A stretch of 62,993 bases of DNA, filler included, from Octopus bimaculoides (GCF_001194135.2; 5 parts of 5 records of this genome joined end to end with filler, not necessarily neighbours in it); one strand, 5' to 3'; shown: positions 12,575 through 23,989, numbered from the whole stretch's first letter. A program made the numbers and translations. The notes: generated from the letters alone by a model not told the origin.

Positions 12575-13378
12575 ATTTGAGCTTGCTTACCAACCATATG
12601 GTTCCGGGTTCAGTCCCACTGCGTGGCACCTTGGGCAAGTATCTTCTACCATAGCCTCGGGCCGACCAAAGCCTTGTGAGTGGATTTGGTAGACGGAAAC
12701 TGAAAAAAGCCCGTCTCTGAACTTTACACCCTCCGGCTGCACCTCTCCTACCCACGGATTACACTGGACCCATCTTCTGATTGGAAATCGCCTCAATAAA
12801 CCACGACGTCTAAAAAACTTTTGAACTTTTGAACTTTTCCACTTTTGTAAACCTTTATTACCTTTATCATCTTTACACTNNNNNNNNNNNNNNNNNNNNN
12901 NNNNNNNNNNNNNNNNNNNNNNNNNNNNNNNNNNNNNNNNNNNNNNNNNNNNNNNNNNNNNNNNNNNNNNNNNNNNNNNNNNNNNNNNNNNNNNNNNNNN
13001 NNNNNNNNNNNNNNNNNNNNNNNNNNNNNNNNNNNNNNNNNNNNNNNNNNNNNNNNNNNNNNNNNNNNNNNNNNNNNNNNNNNNNNNNNNNNNNNNNNNN
13101 NNNNNNNNNNNNNNNNNNNNNNNNNNNNNNNNNNNATATATATATATATATATACGTATGTATGTGTTTGTGTGTCTGTGTTTGTCCCCCCCAACATCGC
13201 TTGACAATCGATGCTGGTGTGTTTACGTCCCCGTAACTTAGCGGTTCGGCAAAAGAGACCGATAGAATAAGTACTAGGCTTCCAAAGAATAAGTCCTGGG
13301 GTCGATTTGCTCGACTAAAGGCGGTGCTCCAGCATGGCCACAGTCAAATGACTGAAACAAGTAAAAGAGTAAAAGAGT
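12575..13378 (+). mobile_element. SINE family A interrupted by an unrelated insert and an N gap
   Basis: Head 12575-12715, foreign sequence 12716-12879, gap, right arm 13140-13378. Confidence 0.8.
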
Positions 13379-13711
13379 TAAAATATACATCTAACACACT
13401 AGAGGTGGAGAGCTAAAAATGATTTTTAAGTAATTAGGCGTAAAACAGTAATTCCGTAGAACTACATTATGCAATGTGCACTTGTCTTTATTAAAGTACG
13501 TCGACTGAAGGAGACTGACTGTTATTTCTAGCAAGACAAACAACTACAAAAGGGGTTGTCCTTAGTTGGGAGCACGAGAAACTAAGCCATAGATTACACA
13601 GCACATGTGTGAGGTTCTATGATCTCCAGTTTGATAACAGAAATACAACCACCCTGACGATGGCTCTACTTTCTCTGTTATATCCCAATTGATATATACA
13701 AAAATATATAT

Positions 13712-13850
13712 AGTGGCGAGCGGTCACAATCGTTAGCACTCCGGGCAAAATTCTAAATGGCTTTTCATCTGTCTACGATCTGAGTTCAAATTCCACCGAG
13801 GTTGACTTTGCCTTTCATCTTTTCGGGATCAATAAAATAAGAACTGCGAA
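13712..13850 (+). mobile_element. SINE family B
   Basis: gtggcgagcggtcacaatcgttagcactccgggc...tgagttcaaattccaccgaggttgactttgcc. Confidence 0.75.
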
Positions 13851-13867
13851 CTTGTTGAATTTGTTCG

Positions 13868-14085
13868 AAATCAATATATACTCTCTCTTTTACTTGTTTC
13901 AGTCATTTGACTGTAGCCATGCTGGAGCACCGCTTTCAATCGAGCAAATCGACCCCAGGACTTATTCTTTGTAAGCCTAGTACTTATTCTATCGGTCTCT
14001 TTTGCCGAAGCGCTAAGTTACGGGGACGCGAACACACCAGTATCAGTTGTCAAGCGATGTTGAGGGAACAAACACAGACACACAC
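13868..14085 (-). mobile_element. SINE family A right arm, inverted relative to 13140-13378
   Basis: Reverse complement of the 13140-13378 sequence. Confidence 0.85.
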
Positions 14086-14289
14086 ACGGAATACATTTTT
14101 TTTATTCAGCTCCCGAGTAGTACTTTTTTCTCAAGTGCTTTGATTTTGAGGTTGTGAGTTGGGACAAACATTTACCTCGACGTAGAGTTGCTATACCCGT
14201 TAACAACCCCCACCCACCCTCACCTCACCCCCACACAAATAGATGCAAACAAACATACACAAACACACTGTTCTGTTCATTACGTTATA

Positions 14290-14510
14290 ATGGTTTCAAA
14301 TTTTGACACAATCTCAGCAGGTTCGTGGGTTGAATGTAAGTCAATTACATCGACCCCAGTGCTTAAGTGGTACGTATTTAATCGACCCCGAAAAAATAAA
14401 GGGCAAAGTCGACCTCGGCTGAATTGAACTCAGAGTGTAAAAATGGACGAAATGCCGCAAAGTATTTTGCTCGGTGCGCTAACCATTCTGCCAAGCATGC
14501 CGCCTTATTC
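14290..14510 (-). mobile_element. SINE family B
   Basis: Reverse complement of the 16017 copy. Confidence 0.75.
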
Positions 14511-14934
14511 AATTATGTAATAACATATCATAATTTAAGACTTGATCACTAATACTCTGTTTCATTCCGTCAGATGAAGTGATTTGATCTGAGATCATGT
14601 GTTGAGACTAAAAACACTACGAGGTAGCTGAGCTTTTATAGCTGTGGAGAATCGTTGAGCATCGGAATAGTCTATTACATGGGCCACATACTACGCTGTT
14701 ACTTTATTGGGATGATAGACAAAGGTGATCTCAGCAGGATTTGAACTCACAACATAAAAAGTTGTAGCAATAAGTCAGATTGTCTGACACTCTTTCGATT
14801 CTGCCAAACCGCCCCTTTTTGAAACATCATAATAAGGTAGCATATAAAAGAATATTATTTAACACAGCCAACCTAATCTGAATGTATTGCTTATAAGGAT
14901 GAAGGTTACAGTCTGGCATTCGGTGCATGGCTTC

Positions 14935-14980
14935 CTACTACTGATGATCCGCAATACGGTGAAATCACGTGATACAGTTG
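14935..14980 (+). ncRNA. Minimal type I hammerhead ribozyme-like motif
   Basis: ctacta CTGATGA tccg-caata-cggt GAAA tcacgtga TA cagttg; stem III is the perfect palindrome ATCACGTGAT; stem I pairs at 4 of 6 positions. Confidence 0.5.
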
Positions 14981-15210
14981 CGCCATCTTCTGGTGTTGAT
15001 GAAGTTTAGTCAACCGATATAGAAGTTCGATGCCTTTTAGCATTTGTCGTCTACACGAAATGATTTTTCAGGACGTTCACCGCAACTTACGGCATTATAA
15101 ATAACACAACCAGTTTTAGCTGGATGTGCAAGTTAACATTTGCTACAAAAGCTGTTTCGGTTGCTCATGGCTAATTCATATATATACAGAGAGAGAGAGA
15201 GAGTTATATG

Positions 15211-15262
<52 letters not shown>

Positions 15263-15439
15263 AGTATCAAAAAGAAGCATGGCTGTCACTTGTAAGCGAC
15301 TATGTCCTGGTAGCTTGTATCACTCTTTCGCTAACTGTTTTAGGTGTCAATGCCGTCGCAAAGAGACATATTCTCTCGCATTCGCTTCGCGCTCGAAGCA
15401 GTGGAACATGAAGACTGTGACAACTAGAGGGATGAATGG

Positions 15440-15860
15440 AAGCACATAGATAGAAGGGCATTGCAGTCGAACTGTGACCGGGAGGGCCGTGTCGACGTAC
15501 GCGGACGACGTAACCGTCGTGATGCTGGATTCCTCCGAAGTGGAGACGGTCGGCGCCATTCTAAAAGAATACGAATCGGTAGCAGAGGCTAAAACAACGC
15601 CGACAAGTCGCTAGGCTTGCAGCTGGGCTTCTGGAGAGAGAGGTCCATACCGCCAGACGGCGTTGTTGGACGCTGGACAGACGGACCAGTTAAACACTGC
15701 TCGGGGTCTGGTTTGGTCCCTACCTCCAGATGTGGTGACGAAGAGGGTGACCAGGGTGACCAGGGTGACCCAAAAATGGACAAAGACGAAACTGTGTCTG
15801 AAAGGTCGGGCAGAGGTGTCGAATGCCTACGTCGCCTCCGTTCTTTTCAACCGTCTGATC
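15440..15860 (+). pseudogene. Tx1/L1-clade LINE reverse transcriptase fragment, frameshifted
   Basis: VSTYADDVTVVML (YADD at 15498-15509) ...ILKEYESVAEAK, frameshift, NADKSLGLQLGFWR...GPVK, frameshift, LLGVWFGP...W.K.KLCLKGRAEVSNAYVASVLFNRL, the typical Tx1 RT and thumb order. Confidence 0.85.
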
Positions 15861-16016
15861 AAATTTGGAACGTCTGTTATTTTCTTGTGGAAGAGACGCC
15901 TTCCAATGATCAGGCGGTCATCTATAGTTGTACGATTAACCTAAGATTACATTTCTAAACATAACTCCAAATCTACCTTATGCTATGTTTACTAGTCGTT
16001 ATTAATGTACGTGAAC

Positions 16017-16208
16017 TTAAGGCGGCGAGCTGGCAGAATCGTTAGCACGCCGGGTGAAATGCTTAGCGGTATTTCGCCCGTCACTACGTTCTGAGTTCAA
16101 ATTCCGCCGAGGTCGACTTTGCCTTTCATCCTTTCGGAGGTCGGTAAATTAAGTACCAGTGGCATACTGAGGTCGATTTCGGGCCTTGTGCCTACTAGAG
16201 TAGAAAAG
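16017..16208 (+). mobile_element. SINE family B, full length with 16-bp TSD
   Basis: attaatgtacgtgaac at 16001-16016 and 16209-16224; tRNA-like A and B boxes (ggcagaatcgttagc; gagttcaaattcc). Confidence 0.9.
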
Positions 16209-16483
16209 ATTAATGTACGTGAACCGAAGGAGACTGACTGTCGAACAAACTACGTAGAGATTGCTATTCTTAGTTGGAAGCATGTGAAGCTAAGCTGTAG
16301 ATTACATATCACATAAGTGAAGTTTTCTGATGTTTAGTTTGGTAACAACGGAAATACAACCGCCATCACAATGACTTTACCCACTACATTGTATCCTCAT
16401 TAATATATACGAAGTATAAGGCGGTGAGTCACAGAGTTTCATACGTTCTATAGACACCCATGTTGATACATACATACGTTTAT

Positions 16484-16515
<32 letters not shown>

Positions 16516-17305
16516 ACACATATCACACCGACATGAATCATTTTTGTGTTTGTGCATTTGCGTATATGCGTATAAGTCTATATAGGACTCAATGAGTGTA
16601 TACGCACGAGTGTGTGTTTGTTTTAATCTGAATAATTATGATGGGTGACAGTGTGTGTATGAAAGAGAGAGATAGGGGGGAAACAGAAAGAGAAAGAGAC
16701 AGTCAGACAGACAGAGACAGAGAGAGCTTGCCAATAGACAGACGTTCAACTGTTTCGTCATTGAAGTGTAAAATACATGGAAGCTGTTGCTGGCTGCCTT
16801 CCTCTCTCTTTCTCTCCTTTCCCCTTTCCTATCTGTGTCGTGCTGGTGACATAAAAGTATTTACTTTTCCCCGTTTACTCTTTTGACCCTTGTTCACGTT
16901 TCTGAACAGGAGAATTTGTCACGTGATAGAGTCTTCTCCTTCCTACCCCTCTCTGCGCTCGACTTATTTTTTCTCCCTCCTTTCATTATCTCTATTTTAC
17001 GATTCTCCTTCTCCCACCTCTACCCTATATGTCATAGATCATTAACCGCCGGCTTCCATCACCATTTTAAGTCTTATATAGCTAGCTACATATTGTGAAC
17101 TGGCAAAATCAGTAGAGTGGCCGATTAAAAAAAAAATGCTTTACCTTCAGTCCTTAACTTCTATAGAATCTTAGGGGCGCCATCATAACATATGGCGTGA
17201 CTAGGGCAGCGACACTTCCATCCCTGACTACAGATTTGAAGAGAGATGGAAGTATCGCCGGGCGGTGGTGGTGGGAGAGCTACTGTAAAAACATGTCGTC
17301 TAAAC

Positions 17306-17602
17306 CAGGGGGTTTCAAACTGTGGTCCGCGGACCACAGGGGCTCCGCAAGGATAAGACAGGGAGTCCGTGGACAGCAAATACTTTTTATGGGCAATTTG
17401 ATTTTATATATGTTTTTTAATCGAAATCTTTTAATTGACAATAAACCTATTTGTTAAATACTGTTAAATAAATAAATGTAAAAATATATGTTACTTTAAG
17501 CAAATATTTATGTATAAATTTCATAGGCGTTTATAAGGGGGTCCCTAAGGTAAAGCCTGAAATATAACGGGGTCCGCAAGTCAAAAAGTTTGAAAACCCC
17601 TG
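17306..17602. mobile_element. hAT-superfamily MITE with 8-bp TSD GTCTAAAC
   Basis: TIRs cagggggtttcaaac / gtttgaaaacccctg; gtctaaac at 17298-17305 and 17603-17610. Confidence 0.9.
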
Positions 17603-17610
17603 GTCTAAAC

Positions 17611-17795
17611 CAGTGCTCCGCAACCGGTATACTGCGGCACACTGGTGTGCCACGAGACGCTGTTAGGTGTGCAGTGGTGTAACCTGAATATAAATTTTTC
17701 CCTATACTTTTAGTTATATCTCTAGTTCGGATGAGCCGCCGAGTTTTGAAAAGAATAGAAGTGTAATGCAAGTTAAAAAAGGTTACGGAACACCG
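17611..17795. mobile_element. Second, older hAT MITE abutting the first
   Basis: TIRs cagtgctccgcaacc / ggttacggaacaccg; flanks gtctaaac and gtcgagac. Confidence 0.7.
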
Positions 17796-17867
17796 GTCGA
17801 GACAGCAAGAAAGATAGAGCACAACAACAGCAACAACAAGAACAACAATAATAATACTAATAGTTTC

Positions 17868-18073
17868 AAATTTTGGCACAAGGCCAGCAATTTTAGGGGA
17901 GGGGGAAGTCGTTTACAACGATCCCTAGTTCTCAACTGGTACCTATTTTATTGACTCCAGAAAGAGGAAAGGCAAAGTCGACCTCGGCGGAATTTGAACT
18001 CAGAACGTAGAGACGGGCGAAATACCGCTAAGCATTTCGTCCAGCGTGCAAACGATTCTGCCGGCTCACCACC

Positions 18074-18075
<2 letters not shown>
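17868..18075 (-). mobile_element. SINE family B
   Basis: Reverse complement of the 16017 copy. Confidence 0.85.
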
Positions 18076-18146
<71 letters not shown>

Positions 18147-18148
<2 letters not shown>

Positions 18149-18743
18149 CCCGGATGCAGTACCAGGCAGTGGCTCTCATGGCTTCTGATGTTAACTGATT
18201 GGAAGTGCTATCATGTACATTGTTTTGTNNNNNNNNNNNNNNNNNNNNNNNNNNNNNNNNNNNNNNNNNNNNNNNNNNNNNNNNNNNNNNNNNNNNNNNN
18301 NNNNNNNNNNNNNNNNNNNNNNNNNNNNNNNNNNNNNNNNNNNNNNNNNNNNNNNNNNNNNNNNNNNNNNNNNNNNNNNNNNNNNNNNNNNNNNNNNNNN
18401 NNNNNNNNNNNNNNNNNNNNNNNNNNNNNNNNNNNNNNNNNNNNNNNNNNNNNNNNNNNNNNNNNNNNNNNNACATGGGTGTTTTGCTCAACATCCTTAA
18501 ATAAACCTTATTCAGGGACCTTTTGAGCGGGATGGGCTACTCGACCTGAAGAAAATTCTAACTGGGCCCCACCTACGAGGTCATGCGCTGTTTATCTTGA
18601 TATGAGATCACCATGTCGCGTACATATGGTTGTGATGCATGTGCCTGGTGTACCCTTATCAGACGGGTAGTCATGATGGGTATAATGGGCTTCGTATATT
18701 TTACCCCAGTATCACTTTGATGGCATGCACTGCTCTCTCACTC
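18147..18743 (-). mobile_element. Non-coding retroposon-like repeat embedded in (AAT)n
   Basis: Flanked by (AAT)n at 18076-18146 and 18744-18760; its end recurs at about 19605-19645; includes an N gap. Confidence 0.55.
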
Positions 18744-18764
18744 AATAATAATAATAATAATCCT

Positions 18765-19570
18765 TTCTTTATTGGCCACAAAGGCTGAACACAGAAACAA
18801 TTAGGGACAATACAGAAAAACGTGTAAACAATTAGGGACAATACAAAACAAGGGACGATTGGGGTTGAAAACAGAAAAATGTGTAAACAATAAAAACAAA
18901 AACATTTAACAAAAAAAGAAATTTAAACAACGAAATTTCCCAATGGTGGGGTACCCCACACATTCTGGTTACCTCGACTGCCAAGGGCACGCCAGGTCGA
19001 CACCCCTCTTCCCCTCAAATGCTCCGGCTTACAGACGAATATTCCAGAGTAGGCTCATTCATACGAGCCCACCTTTCAACAAACTCACGTGTGGGGGCGG
19101 GGGCAGTACTTCCCTCTCTACCCTCACTTTCTTTTTCAAGTGGAACTTGTAAAAGTCAATGAGGAACGTGTCTGTCCGAAGAGGAAAGTGTCTGTCTTCA
19201 GTCCTTTCAACCTCGTCCATCACACTACCTCTTTCGCTATAGCCACCAGGCAAAGGAAAACTGCCTTTCTGTCCCGGCCAAAAGAAGGCGGCGGAGCGAT
19301 CTTCACAATGGACTCGGCTGACAACCGGATCCATCCTACACGGGACAACAGTTGTTCGACAAAGCTCCACAGGCCAGTAATGCACGGACAATGGACAAGT
19401 GCATGCAGGACGGTTTCATCGCCCTATGCACACCTCGGACTGGTCCGTCTGACAGCATTTTTGTGTTTGTAGAGCTTGTTTCGAAGCGGCAGAACTCCCC
19501 GGTAGCACTGCCAGGCCAGGGATTTCTGGAAGTTATCCATAGGCCCTGGCATGATGGTCCTCTGAAAACA
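18765..19570 (-). pseudogene. Tx1/L1-clade LINE ORF2 C-terminus plus 3' UTR
   Basis: Minus frame reads DNFQKSLAWQCYRGVLPLRNKLYKH...SPRCA*GDETVLHALVHCPCITGLWSFVEQLLSR...FLCLVAIAKEVV*WTRLKGL..., a degenerate CCHC zinc knuckle typical of L1/Tx1; ends tgtggccaataaagaaa. Confidence 0.85.
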
Positions 19571-20334
19571 CCAGTTAGTTGATCCCTCTCAACGAAAGAC
19601 CCAAATGCAATACCAGGCAGTGACTCTCATGACTTCTGATCTTAATTCTCGACACGTACTTGACTGGTTCTTCTTTTATGGTTCCAGAAAGAATGATAGG
19701 TATAGTTGGTCAAAGTCTAAACTCAGTCATAGAGAGCCGGAACAAATATCGCAGACACTTTTTTCCGACGCCAAGAAATAAAAGGGCAACATCAAAAGAC
19801 GAAATATACCATAAAAACATAAAAATATGGGGTTAGCATCGATCAAAAGGAAATCAAGATAATAATAGAATTTAAAAAATATAGCAAAAGATACAAATAT
19901 GAAATTTCAAGTACCAGTCAGGTATTGGGGTTGATGTAATCGTCTATTCCCTCCCCCACCCCCAGACTGCTGAACTTGTGCCAAAATTTGAACCAATTTC
20001 ATGATTGAGGAAATTTTCTTTTAGGCGTACCTTCAGCCTGAAGAATACATAATTAAGAAGTGGGGGACAACATATCAAGAGATTAAAATGTTTAATTAAT
20101 TAAAATTTCACTCGTAATGAAGAGAATAATCCTTAGCATTAATAATTAATTATTGAAACTTAAATCCTTGTCGTAAATCAAGAAAACAAAGGCAACAACG
20201 GAATTGAAACGCACACACGTACCCCTTCAACCGTCCATCCACCCACACACACACATGGAAACATCAGGAGTAGTACCCGGTGTTGCTAGGCTGCAGTAAA
20301 TAGAAATATTTACTCAGAAGTTTTAAAGTAGAAC

Positions 20335-20520
20335 GTTTTAAACGCTTAGCGGCATTTCGTCAGTCTTTACGTTCTGAGTTCAAATTCCGATGAGGGTTGA
20401 CTTTGCCTCTCATCGTTTCGGGGTCGATAAAATAAGTACCAGTTAAACACTGGGGTCGATGTAATCGATTTATTCCCTCCCGCGAAATTGCTGGCCTTGT
20501 GCCGAAGCTTGAAACCAATA
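20335..20520 (+). mobile_element. SINE family B
   Basis: gcttagcggcatttcgtcagtctttacgttctgagttcaaattcc...gccttgtgcc. Confidence 0.8.
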
Positions 20521-20569
20521 TATACGTATATATAATACGCTGTGAGTATTTGTATACAGTGGAGGCGCA

Positions 20570-20948
20570 ATGACCCAGTGGTTAGGGCAGCGGACTCGCG
20601 ATCAGAGGGTCGCGGTTTCCATCCCCACACCGGGCGCTGTGAGTGTTTATTGAGCGAAAACACCTAAAGCTCCACGAGGCTCCGGCAGGGGATGGTAGCG
20701 AACCCTGCTGTACTCTTTTACTACAACTTTCTCTCACTCTTACTTCCTGTTTCTGTTGTGCCTGTAATTCAAAAGGGTCAGCCATGTCACGCTGTGTCAC
20801 GCTGAATATCCCCCGAGAACTACGTTAAGGGTACACGTGTCTGTGGAGTGCTCAGCCACTTGCACGTTAATTTCACGAGTAGGCTGTTCCGTTGATCGGA
20901 TCAACTGGAAACCACGACGTCGTAAGCGACGGAGTGCCAACAACAACA
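20570..20948 (+). mobile_element. SINE family D (tRNA-derived, (AAC)n tail), full length
   Basis: Head ggaggcgcaatgacccagtggttagggcagcggactcgcg..gggtcgcggtttc; body gaactacgttaagggtacacgtgtctgtggag also at 54680 and 43750. Confidence 0.8.
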
Positions 20949-21564
20949 ATTTGTATACATACACTTTTTTTTTGGTAACACTTCAAGCTGTTGTATTTGT
21001 TGCACTTTATATAATTTACTTTCTAACTCATTCAATTCAGGCTCAAATCGTTCTGTTTACTTTTTGTATTCGAAAGTTCATTCTGTTGTCGTCTTTGTCT
21101 CATGAAGCTCAATTAATGTGTCTGCGTCCATAAATTCTGACGATGAAATTAATTTTCTCCTTTTACGCAATGCAATATGCTACGTGGCAATTAATATATA
21201 TTTAATACGCCATATGTATTTGTATTTACATTTATTCCACAACTAATTACTCTTCTGCTTTATATATTTCGCCATGTTCTACTATCACCTTTTATATTCA
21301 ATTTACTGAGAGGTATCATATATTCAATTTACTGAGAGGCATCATGTATTCAATTTTAGCCTATTTACTTATTACACTGCATGAATGTATTTCTTGATTT
21401 AAGTGGAACATTAAAAAGAACAACAACAATAAAACAAAGAAGATATCATTTAAAATTATTGATCGAAAATTCAGAAGACCAAGGTGTGCTGGTGCCTTCG
21501 TGCCTCTTCATGTCTACGCAAAAAAGTTTTATCTTCAGGAACTTTTGCAGTGAACGCACATAAT

Positions 21565-21720
21565 AATTTCAGTTTCCGTCAACGAGTCCACTCACAAGGC
21601 TTTGGTCGGCCCGAGGTAATAGTAGAAGACGCTTGCCCAAGATATGTCATGCAGCACGAGTGAATCCAGAGCCATGCGGCTGGAAGCAGGCTTCTTACTA
21701 CAGCCTCACCTGCACCTGTA
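21565..21720 (-). mobile_element. SINE family A head
   Basis: Reverse complement of the 4157 head. Confidence 0.75.
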
Positions 21721-23304
21721 TGGATGTATTTTATTTTTTAAATAACTTTTAATGCAGATAAGTCTCTAAAGCTGAATTATATCCTGGTTTAAAATGTGAG
21801 AAGATTACGAGGCTATTCTTATTGATTTTCATAATGTGGTTAAAAACACCACACGTGCTCACACACATTGACACAAGCACACACGCAAATGTACACATAC
21901 AGTTCATGCACACGTATATATACATACGTATGAGTGTATTTATACAACACGCACACACACACACCTACACACATACACACACACGCACGCATGCACACAC
22001 CACTTACAGATTATAGAGGCAGTATGACGGAATAATTTAGAAATTCGCTTTTCAGTCACAAGTTCCAGAGATCAGTCTCATTGAATGACATTTTGCACAT
22101 GTGTCACTACTCCAGCTTCGATTTCTGCATTGTGAATTCTTCAAAACTGACATGTTCCTTTCTGTTGTTGAAACGCCAAAATACTGACCATACCAAATTC
22201 TCTTGTTTCGTTCATGTAAATTACCTCGGCCATAAATATGTTTTGCTCGTTTCTTGTGTGCCTTTCAGGTGTTTCGTCATATTTGTATGCATGCAGGCAT
22301 GTGTATATATATNNNNNNNNNNNNNNNNNNNNNNNNNNNNNNNNNNNNNNNNNNNNNNNNNNNNNNNNNNNNNNNNNNNNNNNNNNNNNNNNNNNNNNNN
22401 NNNNNNNNNNNNNNNNNNNNNNNNNNNNNNNNNNNNNNNNNNNNNNNNNNNNNNNNNNNNNNNNNNNNNNNNNNNNNNNNNNNNNNNNNNNNNNNNNNNN
22501 NNNNNNNNNNNNNNNNNNNNNNNNNNNNNNNNNNNNNNNNNNNNNNNNNNNNNNNNNNNNNNNNNNNNNNNNNNNNNNNNNNNNNNNNNNNNNNNNNNNN
22601 NNNNNNNNNNNNNNNNNNNNNNNNNNNNNNNNNNNNNNNNNNNNNNNNNNNNNNNNNNNNNNNNNNNNNNNNNNNNNNNNNNNNNNNNNNNNNNNNNNNN
22701 NNNNNNNNNNNNNNNNNNNNNNNNNNNNNNNNNNNNNNNNNNNNNNNNNNNNNNNNNNNNNNNNNNNNNNNNNNNNNNNNNNNNNNNNNNNNNNNNNNNN
22801 NNNNNNNNNNNNNNNNNNNNNNNNNNNNNNNNNNNNNNNNNNNNNNNNNNNNNNNNNNNNNNNNNNNNNNNNNNNNNNNNNNGATGTTTTTTCCGTTGGT
22901 TTCATCAACTGACTTACCTTGCTTACTGAATTAACGTGTAAACGAGTGAGCATTCCATAGGAAGTTTTCCGTAATTCCCCACCAGAATCGTTGAGATACA
23001 GTGTATGAAAAGAAGGTGCCTTTGAGTTATAGCTACAATGCATTCTTAAGGTTTCTATACAGTTTCTGTTAACCCCACCTGGCTAATGCTATACAAATGA
23101 CATTCGCTCTCGATGTCACGTAGTGTCATCGAAACCGTGACTTCGTGGCTGCAAAGCGAACCTCTTAACATTCGGCCAAACTGAACTTTTATGTCATACT
23201 ATGACGTTATGGATGTGTGCATCATATGTGCATGTATGCATGTTTGTATGCATTTATGTATACATGCATGCATGCATGCGTGTGTATGTATGTAAGTATG
23301 TCAT

Positions 23305-23808
23305 TATTCAGTTTTATTTCAAGATTTCTTGCCAATGGCGGAAGAGCCGGTTTCTAACCTAGATCTAAGGCTCCTTCATTGGAATTTCAACATGAATAGG
23401 GCATTTTTGCATGTAAGTGTGCATATATGTGCAGTATTTGGAGCCCGTGCTTATGCAGATTTGTATGTTTTGTTTCTTGCATGTATTTTGATGCATATAG
23501 TCGTCTATTTAAACATGCGCATATATATTTAAATGATAAACTTCTGGAAAGTTTTACAGACTTTTACAGTTCCAGTGATGGCTTGGATCTGTAGTCTTCG
23601 AATCAGCTTTCTCCTTTCTCGTTTTGAGTAGCCTAACCTCTCAAGATTGTTACTTAGGCAGCGTGTTACATATCTCAGTGCCCCAATAATTACAAGTATA
23701 AACCTGAACTTGTAATCTAGGTAGAGTAACTGCAAATTTCTCAATAGTCCAGGGTAGATATCTTCTTTTTCGCTGATCTTTAGCCTTATGTTAACATTTG
23801 CTGGACAG
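23305..23808 (-). pseudogene. RLE-clade non-LTR retrotransposon 3' end (restriction-like endonuclease C-terminus and 3' UTR)
   Basis: SCPANVNIRLKISEKEDIYPGLLRNLQLLYLDYKFRFILVIIGAL...IQAITGTVKVCKTFQKFII*; homologous to 25835-26517. Confidence 0.8.
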
Positions 23809-23989
23809 CTGTATGTATGTATGTATGTATGTATGTATGTATGTATGTATGTATGTATGTATGTATGTACGTATGTTCTCTTTCTCTTTTAAATCCAGAC
23901 TAAATGTTGACCAGCCACCAACTCTGTAGCTAGGTTGTAAAGGAATCTATCTTGTTCTGTTCATCATCTATTAAATCTGAAGGAGGTCT

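Noticed and set aside
14898-14958. Exon DEGYSLAFGAWLPTTDDPQY
   Set aside because: Weak acceptor and donor, no family match, and it overlaps the hammerhead-like motif.
16017-16110. tRNA gene
   Set aside because: A and B boxes are present but there is no cloverleaf, and it continues into a multi-copy SINE body.
15440-19570. The two Tx1 fragments as one twin-primed inverted insertion
   Set aside because: They converge 3 kb apart; twin priming would put the inverted piece directly at the 5' side of the 3' fragment.
22030-23060. Possible exons either side of the 22313-22881 gap
   Set aside because: Short frames with no recognisable domain; the long ORFs reported run through Ns.
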